DNA of 50,215 bases from positions 1 to 50,215 of IMG/VR virus record IMGVR_UViG_3300017734_000011; one strand, given 5' to 3'. This document shows, piece by piece, positions 37,079 to 47,074 of this stretch. The position numbers and the translations under genes were made by a program. Positions within the stretch are counted from its first letter, which is position 1. Every line of letters begins with the position of its first letter. Under the pieces are notes generated by a model. That model was not told the origin of the DNA, ran no database searches, and was given only the letters and a program-made list of their open reading frames with translations. The DNA comes from a virus (Duplodnaviria > Caudoviricetes).

Positions 37079-38553
37079 TGGGTGGATTATGCCAAACACA
37101 AGTTCAGCCACTTCCAGATTATAGTGAAGTCGTAACAGATACGCAGTTACCTGGTTGGGTTTCTGAAGGTGGCAAAAGGCTTTTTGAAGAAGCATCATCA
37201 CTAGCAAGAGGTGAATATCCAGCATATGAAGATGCAAGGATTGCATCATATACAGACCCAGTCACTGGAGAAACATCTAAGTTATCACCAGACGAGTTAG
37301 CGGCCCAGCAACTTCTTAGAGATGGTGCAAGTGGTTATCAAAGTTACATCGATAGTGCTTCAGAGATGGCTAAGGGCTTGGGTCAAGGTTTTGAAGGTAT
37401 GTCCACAAGTGAGCTAATTGGTGATCCATATAGTGGTGCATCAAGAGACGAATTGCTTGGGGGTGCATTGCCAACGTATCAAGGTGCATCAAGAGCAGAT
37501 TTAATAGGTAGCTCTCTTCCTGCATACCAAGGTGCAAGTCGTGAAGATTTATTAGGTAATTACACTGGAGCTACAAGACAAGAATTGGTAGGCGAAAGTA
37601 TGTCGCCATTTACTATGGAAACTGCACAACCATTTTTAGATATATATCAAGGTGCACAAGACGCTTCAGTATCAGAGTTAGAAAGACAAACTGCAAGAGC
37701 TAATGCTAGGAACAGAGCATCAGCAGCTAGGTCTGGAGCTTTTGGTGGATCAAGATTAGGGATACAAGAAGCCCTAACACAAAGCGAAGGGGCAAGAGGG
37801 GCGGCAGATTTAAGAGCACAGGCAGCAGCACAAGGTCTGCAGTTTGCGGCTGGAAGATATGACCAAGATAGAGCACAATCAGAGCGTGATAGGCAAGCAA
37901 GGTTTGGAGCAGAAAACTTACTTCGTGGTCAGTTTATGCAAGATAGAGAAGGCAGATTTACTGCAGAAAACTTAATGAGAAGCCAATACGAACAAGATAG
38001 GGCACAAGCAGAAAGAGATAGATCAGCTAGATTTGGTGCTGAAGATGTGTTGAGAGGTCGTTTTGAGCAAGACAGAGCACAAGCTGAGAGAGATAGAAGT
38101 GCACGTTTTGGTGCAGAAGACGTTATGCGTTCTAGATATGACGCAGAAAGACAAGCTAGGTTTGGGGCACAAGACGCAGCAAGATCAGCATTTGAAACAG
38201 AAGAGGCTAGTAGGCTAAGGGCTACAGAAGCCTTGCAAGGTTTTGCACCACTTACACAAGCTCTAAGTGATCAGGCAGCATCAGGTTTATTTACCTCTGG
38301 GCAAGCACAAAGAGAGCTAGACCAAAGAGCGTTAGATATGGCTTATGCTGACTATGTAGAGCAAAGACAATATCCATATGATCAAATTAACTTTGCATTA
38401 GGGGTGCTTCAAGGTGTTCCATATGACACAAGAAATATAAGTCTTACACAAGGTCAACAGTTTATTCAGTCACCTAGTATATATGGTCAAACTATAGGTG
38501 GATTAGGTTCGCTGGGAAGTGCATACTTCTTGGCACAGAATAGAGGTCAATAA
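37078..38553 (+). CDS. putative DNA ejection/pilot protein with internal repeats
   Basis: GAFGGSR motif, Ala/Gln-rich helices, C-terminal GGLGSLG. Confidence 0.7.
   Translation: MGGLCQTQVQPLPDYSEVVTDTQLPGWVSEGGKRLFEEASSLARGEYPAYEDARIASYTDPVTGETSKLSPDELAAQQLLRDGASGYQSYIDSASEMAKGLGQGFEGMSTSELIGDPYSGASRDELLGGALPTYQGASRADLIGSSLPAYQGASREDLLGNYTGATRQELVGESMSPFTMETAQPFLDIYQGAQDASVSELERQTARANARNRASAARSGAFGGSRLGIQEALTQSEGARGAADLRAQAAAQGLQFAAGRYDQDRAQSERDRQARFGAENLLRGQFMQDREGRFTAENLMRSQYEQDRAQAERDRSARFGAEDVLRGRFEQDRAQAERDRSARFGAEDVMRSRYDAERQARFGAQDAARSAFETEEASRLRATEALQGFAPLTQALSDQAASGLFTSGQAQRELDQRALDMAYADYVEQRQYPYDQINFALGVLQGVPYDTRNISLTQGQQFIQSPSIYGQTIGGLGSLGSAYFLAQNRGQ
37864..38200 (+). repeat. coding tandem repeats (QDRAQAERDRSARFGAE)
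   Basis: Five RF(G/T)A(E/Q) units with 18- or 25-aa period. Confidence 0.8.
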
Positions 38554-38555
38554 GC

Positions 38556-40169
38556 ATGAGTCAAGTTACGCTGACACAAAAAGACATTGATGAAATTGCT
38601 CCAGAAAACATAAAGTACTTTCAGCAACAGTTAGGTTTAGATAAATTAGTTCCAGGCACATATCAATATGGAAGTGGTGCAACTGCAAACAACCAAACTA
38701 CAAACACTCAAAGTTTTGGTGCGTCAGGCACAACACCACAAGCCCTCACTGGTGGTGCTTTAAACAATATTACTGATTATATACCTCAAGCTCAAACTTT
38801 AATGAGCACATTGTATGGCAAAACACCAGAGCAACAAGAAAGAGAAGACAGAATAAACACTGGACTTATGTTTCTTAACTTCTTTACTAAGATGGGTGCA
38901 GAGTCATCAAAGCCAGGTGCGACTGCATTTGGAGCAGCTAATATTGCTGGTGCAGATACTGCTAAAATGTATATAGATAGAATAAACAAAGAAAGAGAAA
39001 GAAAGCTAAAAGAGAGGCAAGGCGTAGTAAGTCTAGCCACACAACTTTATTCTAAAGACAAACCAACTGGTGCACCTAAAAATTACACTGTAGTAGATGC
39101 TAATATAGTCAATAGAACTTTTGGAACTAACCTTAAAGAAGGTGATCCAATTGCCTTATCAACAAAGCAATTTGCCAAAGTACCTACAGGATCACTAGTG
39201 GGATATCAAGCACCAAAAACTTCTACAGTTAAGCAAATGGGTGCTGGCGATGCTATTAATTATATGACTGAAATTCAAGCTACTCGCTATCTACTTAACA
39301 AAGGATTGGAACGAGACAATCCAAATTTCGAAAATATTAGAAATAGACTTATTACACAAGATGAAAACCTTTTAGGAACGCCTGTAATAATATCTGGTAA
39401 ACCTGCAGAAATAAATTTCACATCCAAAGATGGTTCAATAATTGATGCTGTTATTTCTCAAATTAAAGGTTCAGAAAAAACAGACTATGCACAATACAAG
39501 ACAAAAAAATTACAAGAAATTGCAAAAACAGATGCAGAGTATATCGAAAAAGTAACAAGATTTTTACCAAATCTACAAAATGCTATGGATACTCTACTAG
39601 ACCCCAATGTTAAAACTGGTGGTATAGAAGGTGCTTTATTACCAGCAAAACAATTCTTGAAGAGCATGTTTGGCTTCAAGGATGAAGATTTAAAAGATCA
39701 AGAGTTCTTAAGGTCTATATCTTTCCAATTAGCACCGCAAATGAGACCCAAAGGATCAGGCTCTACCTCAGATATGGAATTTAAAGCATATCAACAAGCC
39801 ATATTAGAGCTAGGCAACACCAAATTCGCTAACTATATCAACTTGTATTCTTTGAAAAAGATGACTGAAAATGCAATACAACTAAATCAGTTAGAGGCGG
39901 AGCTTTTAGTTGATCCTAAAAACTACTCAAGAAAATATATCAACGAAAAAATAAAAGAGTTCGACAAAGGAATATTTGAAAAATTTAATGCATATGTAGA
40001 AGAAGAAGGTAAGCTTGTGCCCAAATATGATAATGATGAAGTGAAAGAGCAGGCGTTTCAAGAGTATTGGGCAAGCCTACCAAATGGTGCAGTTTTTCGT
40101 AACGCTGACGAAAAAGGACAAAAAATTGTTGAAGATTCGGGACCTTTTTTAATCAAAGGCTTGAGATAA
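38556..40169 (+). CDS. putative internal virion/ejection protein
   Basis: 537 aa helical; GSGSTSDME motif; position. Confidence 0.65.
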   Translation: MSQVTLTQKDIDEIAPENIKYFQQQLGLDKLVPGTYQYGSGATANNQTTNTQSFGASGTTPQALTGGALNNITDYIPQAQTLMSTLYGKTPEQQEREDRINTGLMFLNFFTKMGAESSKPGATAFGAANIAGADTAKMYIDRINKERERKLKERQGVVSLATQLYSKDKPTGAPKNYTVVDANIVNRTFGTNLKEGDPIALSTKQFAKVPTGSLVGYQAPKTSTVKQMGAGDAINYMTEIQATRYLLNKGLERDNPNFENIRNRLITQDENLLGTPVIISGKPAEINFTSKDGSIIDAVISQIKGSEKTDYAQYKTKKLQEIAKTDAEYIEKVTRFLPNLQNAMDTLLDPNVKTGGIEGALLPAKQFLKSMFGFKDEDLKDQEFLRSISFQLAPQMRPKGSGSTSDMEFKAYQQAILELGNTKFANYINLYSLKKMTENAIQLNQLEAELLVDPKNYSRKYINEKIKEFDKGIFEKFNAYVEEEGKLVPKYDNDEVKEQAFQEYWASLPNGAVFRNADEKGQKIVEDSGPFLIKGLR

Positions 40170-42505
40170 TGGGAATTACATTAAACAAACTACCAGGTGC
40201 TATTGACCCCAACAAAACAGAAATAGAAGACGAGTTTGAGGATGGTCAAGAGCCAATATTTGACACTCAAAAAAACATTGAGGAAAACGTAAGCCAACTT
40301 GGCGATATTGTTACTAGAATACCAGGGCAACTATATGACATGGCTACTGGCGACTATATGCAAGTTGAGTTTCCAGAAGCTAAAGAAACCACAGACATTG
40401 AAGATGTGGGATTTTTCGAAAGTTTAGTTCCTAACATAAAATTAATGTTTGCAAGAAATGATTTAGGCAAAGCTGAGATAATAGCTGATTCTTTTCAAGG
40501 TGACCAAAGGTTTGGTGGGGTAGCTATCGATAGATTTAAAAACCCATTTATAGTTTGGAATGGCGAAAGGTATTACATTAATAAACCAGGTATTAGTAAG
40601 CAAGATGCAGGAACATTGGTTGGGGAAATAATTAAGTACATGCCAGCCTCTAGGTTTGTAAGTGGAGCAAAGACGATCACTGGCAAGATAGCGTCAGGTT
40701 TACCATCATATACAGCTACAGAAATGGCAGGGCAAGCAATTGAAGGTGCTTTGACACCAAAGGTCACTGAAGCTAAAGACAAAACCTTCACAGAAGGTTT
40801 AAAAGAAGCTACTGGTATGGGAGCACTGGCAACTGGCATAGACATTGTAACACCACCAATATTAAGAGCCCCAGTAGAAGCAGTAAAAGGAGCTACAAGG
40901 GTAGGGGCGAGAACTCTTGGAAAGGAAATACCAGAGTTTGCAAAAAGCTCTATACAAGCATCTAAATATCCATTAACTCAAGGTCAGAGAACGTCAGAGC
41001 CATACACACCATTAAAAGGTAGTGCAACATCTCAATTTACGCCAGAGCTAGAAGCAGAAGATATTGTAAGAAATGCCGCAACTACTGATCCATCAGCCAA
41101 AGCTATTTTAAGAGGTTTTGATGAAAATCAATTAAATATAATTAGAGAAGATGCAAAAGCATTACAAGAGGAAATTGGCTCTGGAACTATGACAGGCATT
41201 GAATCTGAATCAATTCCTCTCACGGCTATAAGTGAAATTAAAAGCATAGTTACTGGAACTTCTAGAGACTTAAAGAAAAAGGCAGGACAAGGTTATGACT
41301 TGGTTAAGTATGCTTTGAAACAACCCATAGTTTCATCTCAAGGCATAAAAGCAATGTCACAAAATCTTTTGAAAATAATAGATAATGAGTTTGAGCAAGG
41401 CTTGACAGGATCTACCAGTATTAATTCTATGCCACTTTTAAAAGAACAAATAGACAATATAAAAAAATTAGCAACTACTGAGACAGATAAACCTTTTAGT
41501 CAACTAGCTGCTTACCAAAAGGAAATAAACAGAATATTTAGAACAGCAACTCCAGGATCGCCAGAGCAAAGAATACTTGGACAACTTAAAACATCTATAG
41601 ATGATTTTGTTTTTAATGGCATTGAGCAAGGATTTATTACTGGGAATCAAGCTATTCTAGACACATTAAAACAATCAAAAGATTTATATAGGCAATATAT
41701 TGGGCTAACAGGCAAAAAAACAACTAAAGAAATATCTGAACAGTCAACAAATAATATTCTAAGAAAGTTATCTAGTGAAGGAATGGAAGCTGATGCAGTC
41801 GTAAATGCTTTTTTTGGTCATACAAAATTTCAACCTGCATCTGTTATGGCTAATGTTCTTAAAAGATTTAAACAAGGTCTTCCAGAGGAAAAATATTCTG
41901 AAGTTACCTCCTTGCTTAAGGATGCTATTTTAGAAAAGGCATTTTCTGGGAAAGGTAAATCTGGCGTAACAAGAACAAACATTGTTAACAATTTCAACGA
42001 AGTTTTTAAACGAAACAAAAATTATATAAATGAGTTATTCACAAAAGACGAAATTAAAAAGATAGAACAATTTAGAAATAATGTGATGCCTACCTTGTGG
42101 GCTGAAATACAAAAAAATCAAAGTGGATCAGGGTATTTAGTATTAAGTGGCATGGCGAAAGCTGGTATTTTAAATTATGCAAAAACCTTGCCTGGAATGA
42201 AATTATTAGGTGTCTCTGATCAGATACAAATGGGGCAAACTCTATCAAGTATAAATAAAGCAAGAGATATGATAAAGCAGTATATCACTAGAGCAGACAA
42301 GCCATTATTTGATTTCCCGCTGCCAGCAATTAGAGAAGGAAGGCTTACAGTAGAGCCTAAAGGTGTATTTGTGAAACAAGCAGTTACTGCACCAGGTAGA
42401 GAAGAGATTATAGGTACTGAAGAAGTTGATACAACTGCAATTAAACCCTTAGTCGAAAGTATATCACAAAAGAGCATAGGCAAAATACTTGAAGCTATAA
42501 GGTAA
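40169..42505 (+). CDS. putative large ejection protein
   Basis: 778 aa helical; INKPG and PLTQGQ motifs; position. Confidence 0.65.
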   Translation: MGITLNKLPGAIDPNKTEIEDEFEDGQEPIFDTQKNIEENVSQLGDIVTRIPGQLYDMATGDYMQVEFPEAKETTDIEDVGFFESLVPNIKLMFARNDLGKAEIIADSFQGDQRFGGVAIDRFKNPFIVWNGERYYINKPGISKQDAGTLVGEIIKYMPASRFVSGAKTITGKIASGLPSYTATEMAGQAIEGALTPKVTEAKDKTFTEGLKEATGMGALATGIDIVTPPILRAPVEAVKGATRVGARTLGKEIPEFAKSSIQASKYPLTQGQRTSEPYTPLKGSATSQFTPELEAEDIVRNAATTDPSAKAILRGFDENQLNIIREDAKALQEEIGSGTMTGIESESIPLTAISEIKSIVTGTSRDLKKKAGQGYDLVKYALKQPIVSSQGIKAMSQNLLKIIDNEFEQGLTGSTSINSMPLLKEQIDNIKKLATTETDKPFSQLAAYQKEINRIFRTATPGSPEQRILGQLKTSIDDFVFNGIEQGFITGNQAILDTLKQSKDLYRQYIGLTGKKTTKEISEQSTNNILRKLSSEGMEADAVVNAFFGHTKFQPASVMANVLKRFKQGLPEEKYSEVTSLLKDAILEKAFSGKGKSGVTRTNIVNNFNEVFKRNKNYINELFTKDEIKKIEQFRNNVMPTLWAEIQKNQSGSGYLVLSGMAKAGILNYAKTLPGMKLLGVSDQIQMGQTLSSINKARDMIKQYITRADKPLFDFPLPAIREGRLTVEPKGVFVKQAVTAPGREEIIGTEEVDTTAIKPLVESISQKSIGKILEAIR

Positions 42506-42510
42506 ATGAC

Positions 42511-43281
42511 ATGGTTGTCGCAGAAATTTTAACTGGTATAGCATTAGTCAAAAAAAGCGTTGACTTTATAAAAGAAAACATCTCCACAGTTCAAGATATC
42601 CAAGGCATAGCAAAACAAATAGATGGCTTTTTTCTAGGCGAAGAGCAGATGAATAAAGGTCAAGGCAAGGGCATGTCTATTATGGAGCAATTTGGCTCAG
42701 TCGAATCAAGTGCTACAGATTATATAGACAGAAAGCTTCTTGAGGAGAAACGTCAGGAGTTAAAGAATTTAATCAATCTTAGATTTGGGCCGCAGGCATG
42801 GGATCAGATACTTGCAGAACGTGCAGAAAGAATTAATAAAGCCAAAGAAGCACAACGACAAGCTAGAATAGAAGCTAAGAAAAGACAAGATGAGCTACTT
42901 GAAACTGTAAAATGGGTAGGAATTACTTTTATATGTATTGGTGTGTTGTTAGGTGGTTTAGTAGTAGGCGTAAAAGTATTTGCTAAAGGTAATACTTATC
43001 AGTCAAAAAACACACAATTTAAAGGACTTACTAAACAACAACAACTGAATCAAGGTTTAGTAACGCCACCTACAATGACACTATGCAGACTTATGAAGCA
43101 GAAAGTTTACAAAGATAAAATGGCTTGTATCTATCGAGGTGCAAATAAAACCTATGAAATGGAATTTACTGATATTCGAGTGGGATGCCCAAAAAGCTAT
43201 CGTTGTGTGTTAAATGAAAATGGCAAAGAACCATCTATTGATGATATTATGGATAGCCTCAGATCAATAAAGGGTGATTAG
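42511..43281 (+). CDS. membrane-anchored hypothetical protein
   Basis: Coiled coil, one TM helix, C-terminal four-Cys domain. Confidence 0.7.
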   Translation: MVVAEILTGIALVKKSVDFIKENISTVQDIQGIAKQIDGFFLGEEQMNKGQGKGMSIMEQFGSVESSATDYIDRKLLEEKRQELKNLINLRFGPQAWDQILAERAERINKAKEAQRQARIEAKKRQDELLETVKWVGITFICIGVLLGGLVVGVKVFAKGNTYQSKNTQFKGLTKQQQLNQGLVTPPTMTLCRLMKQKVYKDKMACIYRGANKTYEMEFTDIRVGCPKSYRCVLNENGKEPSIDDIMDSLRSIKGD

Positions 43282-43855
43282 TGGCGTTATATTTAGGGTT
43301 ATATGATTTTCTGTCTTCACCTATATACTCATGTGAATAACATAATCTGTCTTTTTCTATAGTGTGGTGATTTATATAACTATTACCATTGGTGCTTTTA
43401 CTTCTATCTAGTAGGTTAGCTGAAGTAGCTTTCCATATAGGCGAACTTTCTCTGTATAGCCCCATCCTCATGTGTGATGTTTTGCTAAAATATCTGTAAC
43501 CTTGCTCAATATGTAAGTCAGCTATAGCGTCAGAAAATCGAGTTCCAATGCCTAGCCCTTGAAAGTCTGGTATTATTACAGTTCTGCATTCTCTCCATTT
43601 CTTTCTAATATCGCCTTCATATAAAGGTGGAGTTTTGCCTGGAAAACTTATAGTTGCACTAAAACCAATAATATTACCTTCCCATACTGCAAAGAAGCAT
43701 CTAGTAGATAAAGGCAAGTCCTCGCTCAGATAATGATGTTTTTTAAATACATCCCATAGCCTTCTGTCGCCATGAATTATATCTACATTTATTTTAGGCT
43801 TAGTAAGTTTTGTAGATAGATATCTAGATTTACCTTTGTGATATTCCCATTTCAT
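43259..43855 (-). CDS. GNAT/Mom-like acetyltransferase (paralog of the adjacent gene's C-terminus)
   Basis: FKKHHYL, RTVIIPDFQGLGIG, YFSKTSH. Confidence 0.75.
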   Translation of the reverse strand: MKWEYHKGKSRYLSTKLTKPKINVDIIHGDRRLWDVFKKHHYLSEDLPLSTRCFFAVWEGNIIGFSATISFPGKTPPLYEGDIRKKWRECRTVIIPDFQGLGIGTRFSDAIADLHIEQGYRYFSKTSHMRMGLYRESSPIWKATSANLLDRSKSTNGNSYINHHTIEKDRLCYSHEYIGEDRKSYNPKYNATNHPLLI

Positions 43856-45000
43856 TAGAACAAACTTTGTTGTGGGTCATCGGGTCGATTATACTTAGGG
43901 TCATAGGACTTGTTGTTTTCCCCTATGTATTCATGAGAATAACAAATCCTATCTCTTTCTAATGGTATAAGACGCTTCTTATGGTCATGTATATCACTAC
44001 TTCTATCTTTTAAATTACTAGCACTCGCTCTCCATAGAGGTGACTTTTGTCTGTACTCACCCATCCTAATATGCGAGGTCTTAGAATAGTAACGAACATT
44101 TTTCTCTATCATCATATCTGCAATAGCGTCAGATAGCCTTACACCTATCCCTAGCCCTTGAAAGTCTGGAAGGACTACTGTTCTAGCCTCACGCCATTTG
44201 AGACGCTTGTCGCCTTCGTAAAGAGGTGGTGTCCAACCTGGCAAAGACATTACAGAAGCAAAACCAATAATCCTATCGTTCCATACTGCCAAATAGCAAT
44301 GTGCAGAGGCAGGGAGGTCTTCAGTTAGATAGTGATGCTTTTTAAATAATTCCCAGTGGTTTCTGTTCCCTTTGACAATTTTAACTTCAATGGGTTGCCG
44401 AACTAACCCCCTTGATGCGAATCGCTTCACATCAGTGTTAAATACCCAATCTGGCTGCAGCCATTCTAATATATCATCATGACAAGTAGCTAATACAATA
44501 TTCTTAAGACCTTTACGTTTTACATACTTATACAAAGACAACGAACATGATTTAGCTACGTCTCTGTTTACAACTGAGGTAAACTCATCAATGACAATAT
44601 TGCTACCTAGCCTTCTAGCTAGGTCACATCTAAACCCCTCACCATTAGACAATACATGACGAGGTTTAGCCCAAGTAGGAACAGTATTAAGACCAACTGC
44701 ACCAAATCGTTCTATGGCGTCTTCTACGCTATCAAAATGAGATGCTATAGTTCTGTTATTATCCCAAGTCAATTCTTCTTCTTTACCATACTTAGCAAGC
44801 ATAGAGGACTTACCACTACCACTTGAGCCATATATAACACCAATAGAAAAGTCTTCTTTAAAAGGCTCAAAATGAGGTAACTCAAATTCAGTAACCCCAT
44901 CAAATTTATAATCAAAGTTCTTAAATATCTCTTTATCTATATCAGTTAGCTCTACCTCACTTCTTAATATAGTTTTCTTGTATCCATATAAATCTTCCAA
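43855..45000 (-). CDS. ABC-type ATPase fused to a GNAT domain
   Basis: Walker A GSSGSGKS, signature LSNGE, Walker B IVIDEF, H-loop TCH, then PDFQGLGIG. Confidence 0.85.
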   Translation of the reverse strand: MEDLYGYKKTILRSEVELTDIDKEIFKNFDYKFDGVTEFELPHFEPFKEDFSIGVIYGSSGSGKSSMLAKYGKEEELTWDNNRTIASHFDSVEDAIERFGAVGLNTVPTWAKPRHVLSNGEGFRCDLARRLGSNIVIDEFTSVVNRDVAKSCSLSLYKYVKRKGLKNIVLATCHDDILEWLQPDWVFNTDVKRFASRGLVRQPIEVKIVKGNRNHWELFKKHHYLTEDLPASAHCYLAVWNDRIIGFASVMSLPGWTPPLYEGDKRLKWREARTVVLPDFQGLGIGVRLSDAIADMMIEKNVRYYSKTSHIRMGEYRQKSPLWRASASNLKDRSSDIHDHKKRLIPLERDRICYSHEYIGENNKSYDPKYNRPDDPQQSLF

Positions 45001-45017
45001 AATATCCTCCTTAAAGT

Positions 45018-45036
45018 AAAGGGAGCTTTCGCTCCC
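45018..45036 (-). terminator. intrinsic terminator
   Basis: On - strand GGGAGC-GAAA-GCTCCC-TTT just after the DUF932 stop. Confidence 0.7.
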
Positions 45037-45042
45037 CTATTA

Positions 45043-45957
45043 TTATGCATTTTCGAGTTGTTTCCACTTATTACTATTAATCATAGACCTAACATCGTTT
45101 TGTCTACGTTGCTGAACTATATGATTGTTAGTGCTATTAGCTTTTACATCACCTAAGTGTGTAGACCATGCAGTTGCAGACTGATATGCACACCAAAGAG
45201 AGCCTTTAGCACCATTTCTGCCATAATCACCCTTACCATGAATTTGAGCTACCTCAGCCTCATATAAACCCATTAAATGATATAATTGTTTTTTGTTAGT
45301 GTCTGACTGACCACTAGCTAATTTAATTTCGTTAGCTTGGCTTTTAGCTATAGTAGATTTGAACAGATCGATAACTTGATCATCTTCTACTTTAGTATCC
45401 CACCACTTGTTGAAAGTCTGAGCTTCATTAGTAATCGCACTAACTGCATTCTGTATCTTTTTGTTAGAGGCGTCTACGTTGAAGTGTGTAGTATGTCTGT
45501 TAGCAGTATAAGCAATCTTTTGACCACTTACTAAGGTATTGAAACATACATGGTTCATCCAACCAAAGAAGGACTGAAACTTCCATCTAGCGTTGTAACT
45601 ATTTCTAGCTACAAACTTAAGTGACAAATCATGGTCGCCAACTTGAGTGTTATGTGCTGGAAGTAACAATTCCATCTTAGCCATAGCACCATTTTCGTAG
45701 GTATCTACTTTGATTTCGTGATCTGTAAAATCTAGACCACCACTTTTCATAGCCTCGATAGCTCCACCAAATGCATCTATATGATGTATTGGCTTGTATC
45801 TAGAACCTACGATACCAAGAGGATCACCTTCTTGCTGACCATAGGTATTAAGGCGAACTACTTTTCTGCCCATATGTGAAGGGATACCTTGGATATCCCT
45901 CACATCGATTTTAAATGATACGTCTTGTAACGCTTCTTCCATTTTAGTATCTAACAT
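45043..45957 (-). CDS. DUF932-family protein
   Basis: LGIVGSRYKP, NSYN, VCFNTL, RHT, SLWCAYQSATAWSTH. Confidence 0.8.
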   Translation of the reverse strand: MLDTKMEEALQDVSFKIDVRDIQGIPSHMGRKVVRLNTYGQQEGDPLGIVGSRYKPIHHIDAFGGAIEAMKSGGLDFTDHEIKVDTYENGAMAKMELLLPAHNTQVGDHDLSLKFVARNSYNARWKFQSFFGWMNHVCFNTLVSGQKIAYTANRHTTHFNVDASNKKIQNAVSAITNEAQTFNKWWDTKVEDDQVIDLFKSTIAKSQANEIKLASGQSDTNKKQLYHLMGLYEAEVAQIHGKGDYGRNGAKGSLWCAYQSATAWSTHLGDVKANSTNNHIVQQRRQNDVRSMINSNKWKQLENA

Positions 45958-46340
45958 TATGCTACTCCTGCTAATTTAAATAATTTTCTATGTCTGAACT
46001 CGATATTGTATTCCCAAGCTAATTGGTCGCCATCATATCGATAGTCAGGCTCTAACTCATCTGCTTCAATTATCCATCTGATTGCAGTTCTGTAGTTTTT
46101 AGCACCTAGCTTGCAAACCCTCTTTATTCTTTCAGCAAGCATTGAAGCGTTATCTTTTTTGGCTTGAGCTTCTTCAGCATCGTTCTTAACCATATCATCG
46201 ATAAGGTTATCCCAAATAGCTTGTTTGGCATCTTGATCTGCAATTTCCCACTGAAACCAAAAATTATCTCTAGGTCTGTGACCCCAAGCATCTTTGTGTA
46301 AATCTGACACTAGATCGTCTGAGTAAGTATATTTAGTCAT
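45957..46340 (-). CDS. conserved phage hypothetical early protein
   Basis: SDLHKDAWGHRPR motif; AGGAG SD and promoter. Confidence 0.8.
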   Translation of the reverse strand: MTKYTYSDDLVSDLHKDAWGHRPRDNFWFQWEIADQDAKQAIWDNLIDDMVKNDAEEAQAKKDNASMLAERIKRVCKLGAKNYRTAIRWIIEADELEPDYRYDGDQLAWEYNIEFRHRKLFKLAGVA

Positions 46341-46408
46341 TTGTTTCTCCTAATTTTGTTGATCGTTATTTTATTAATATAATATATGTATATACATAAA
46401 GCAACCCC
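46341..46408 (-). promoter_or_regulatory. promoter plus conserved leader (copy 3)
   Basis: GGG-TTGCTT-17 nt-TATATT; perfect palindrome TATGTATATACATA (46385-46398); AACGATCAACAAAATTAGGAG. Confidence 0.75.
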
Positions 46409-46422
46409 TAAAAAGAGTTTTT

Positions 46423-46608
46423 TTATATTTTATTTATAAATTCTAATTTTGCATATATTATAGAAGCAACCTTAACCATATTCTCTATGCGATTAAGGCT
46501 TTCTTCTTTCGACAAATTACCTTGATTTGTGTCTGATTTAAACTTTTGTAATAGCTTTCTGAGATGCAAAGCCTCATCTGAAGCTTCTTTAACAAGCAAG
46601 TTAGCCAT
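46423..46608 (-). CDS. hypothetical protein
   Basis: AAGGA SD, overlapping gene chain. Confidence 0.6.
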   Translation of the reverse strand: MANLLVKEASDEALHLRKLLQKFKSDTNQGNLSKEESLNRIENMVKVASIIYAKLEFINKI

Positions 46609-46804
46609 ATGGTATTTCCTTAATTAACATTTTATCTCTTATATAACTACCATGTTTATAACCTTGTTTATAATAATCAGAGAAAGTCTTTTCAGTATCT
46701 TGCTCTTCATTAATAATTGCATCATGTACACCATCTTTGAAGTAAGCTAAATATTCTCTACGTTTATGGCGTAAAACTTCATTTTCATTATTTCCATTAG
46801 TCAT
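46601..46804 (-). CDS. hypothetical protein
   Basis: GVHDA and YYKQGYKHG motifs. Confidence 0.7.
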   Translation of the reverse strand: MTNGNNENEVLRHKRREYLAYFKDGVHDAIINEEQDTEKTFSDYYKQGYKHGSYIRDKMLIKEIPYG

Positions 46805-47060
46805 ACAAAAAATCTCCTTGCATTGGGTCGTGAGTTAAAGGTTTGAAAGTTATATTTATTAACTTATAAGTTCCTTTGAATTTAGATTGTATAGGCTTTG
46901 GGTTAGGCTTAAGTGCTTTTAATTCCTCTACGTTTAACTGCATCTGTTTGTCATTATGAGTTATAATAATACCACCCATCTTTATTGCTTTTTCTAGCTC
47001 ATAGTCTCTTATGCTAACGTATTTACCTTGCCATAGTTTAGTTACTAATCTTTTGTACAT
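46797..47060 (-). CDS. hypothetical protein
   Basis: AAGGAGG SD; KLWQGKYVSIRDYE. Confidence 0.75.
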   Translation of the reverse strand: MYKRLVTKLWQGKYVSIRDYELEKAIKMGGIIITHNDKQMQLNVEELKALKPNPKPIQSKFKGTYKLINITFKPLTHDPMQGDFLYD

Positions 47061-47074
47061 TTTACGCCTCCTTA

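Noticed and set aside
37429-38200. Periodic repeats as a possible CRISPR array
   Set aside because: Repeats are in-frame, degenerate at third codon positions and lack unique spacers, so they are protein repeats.
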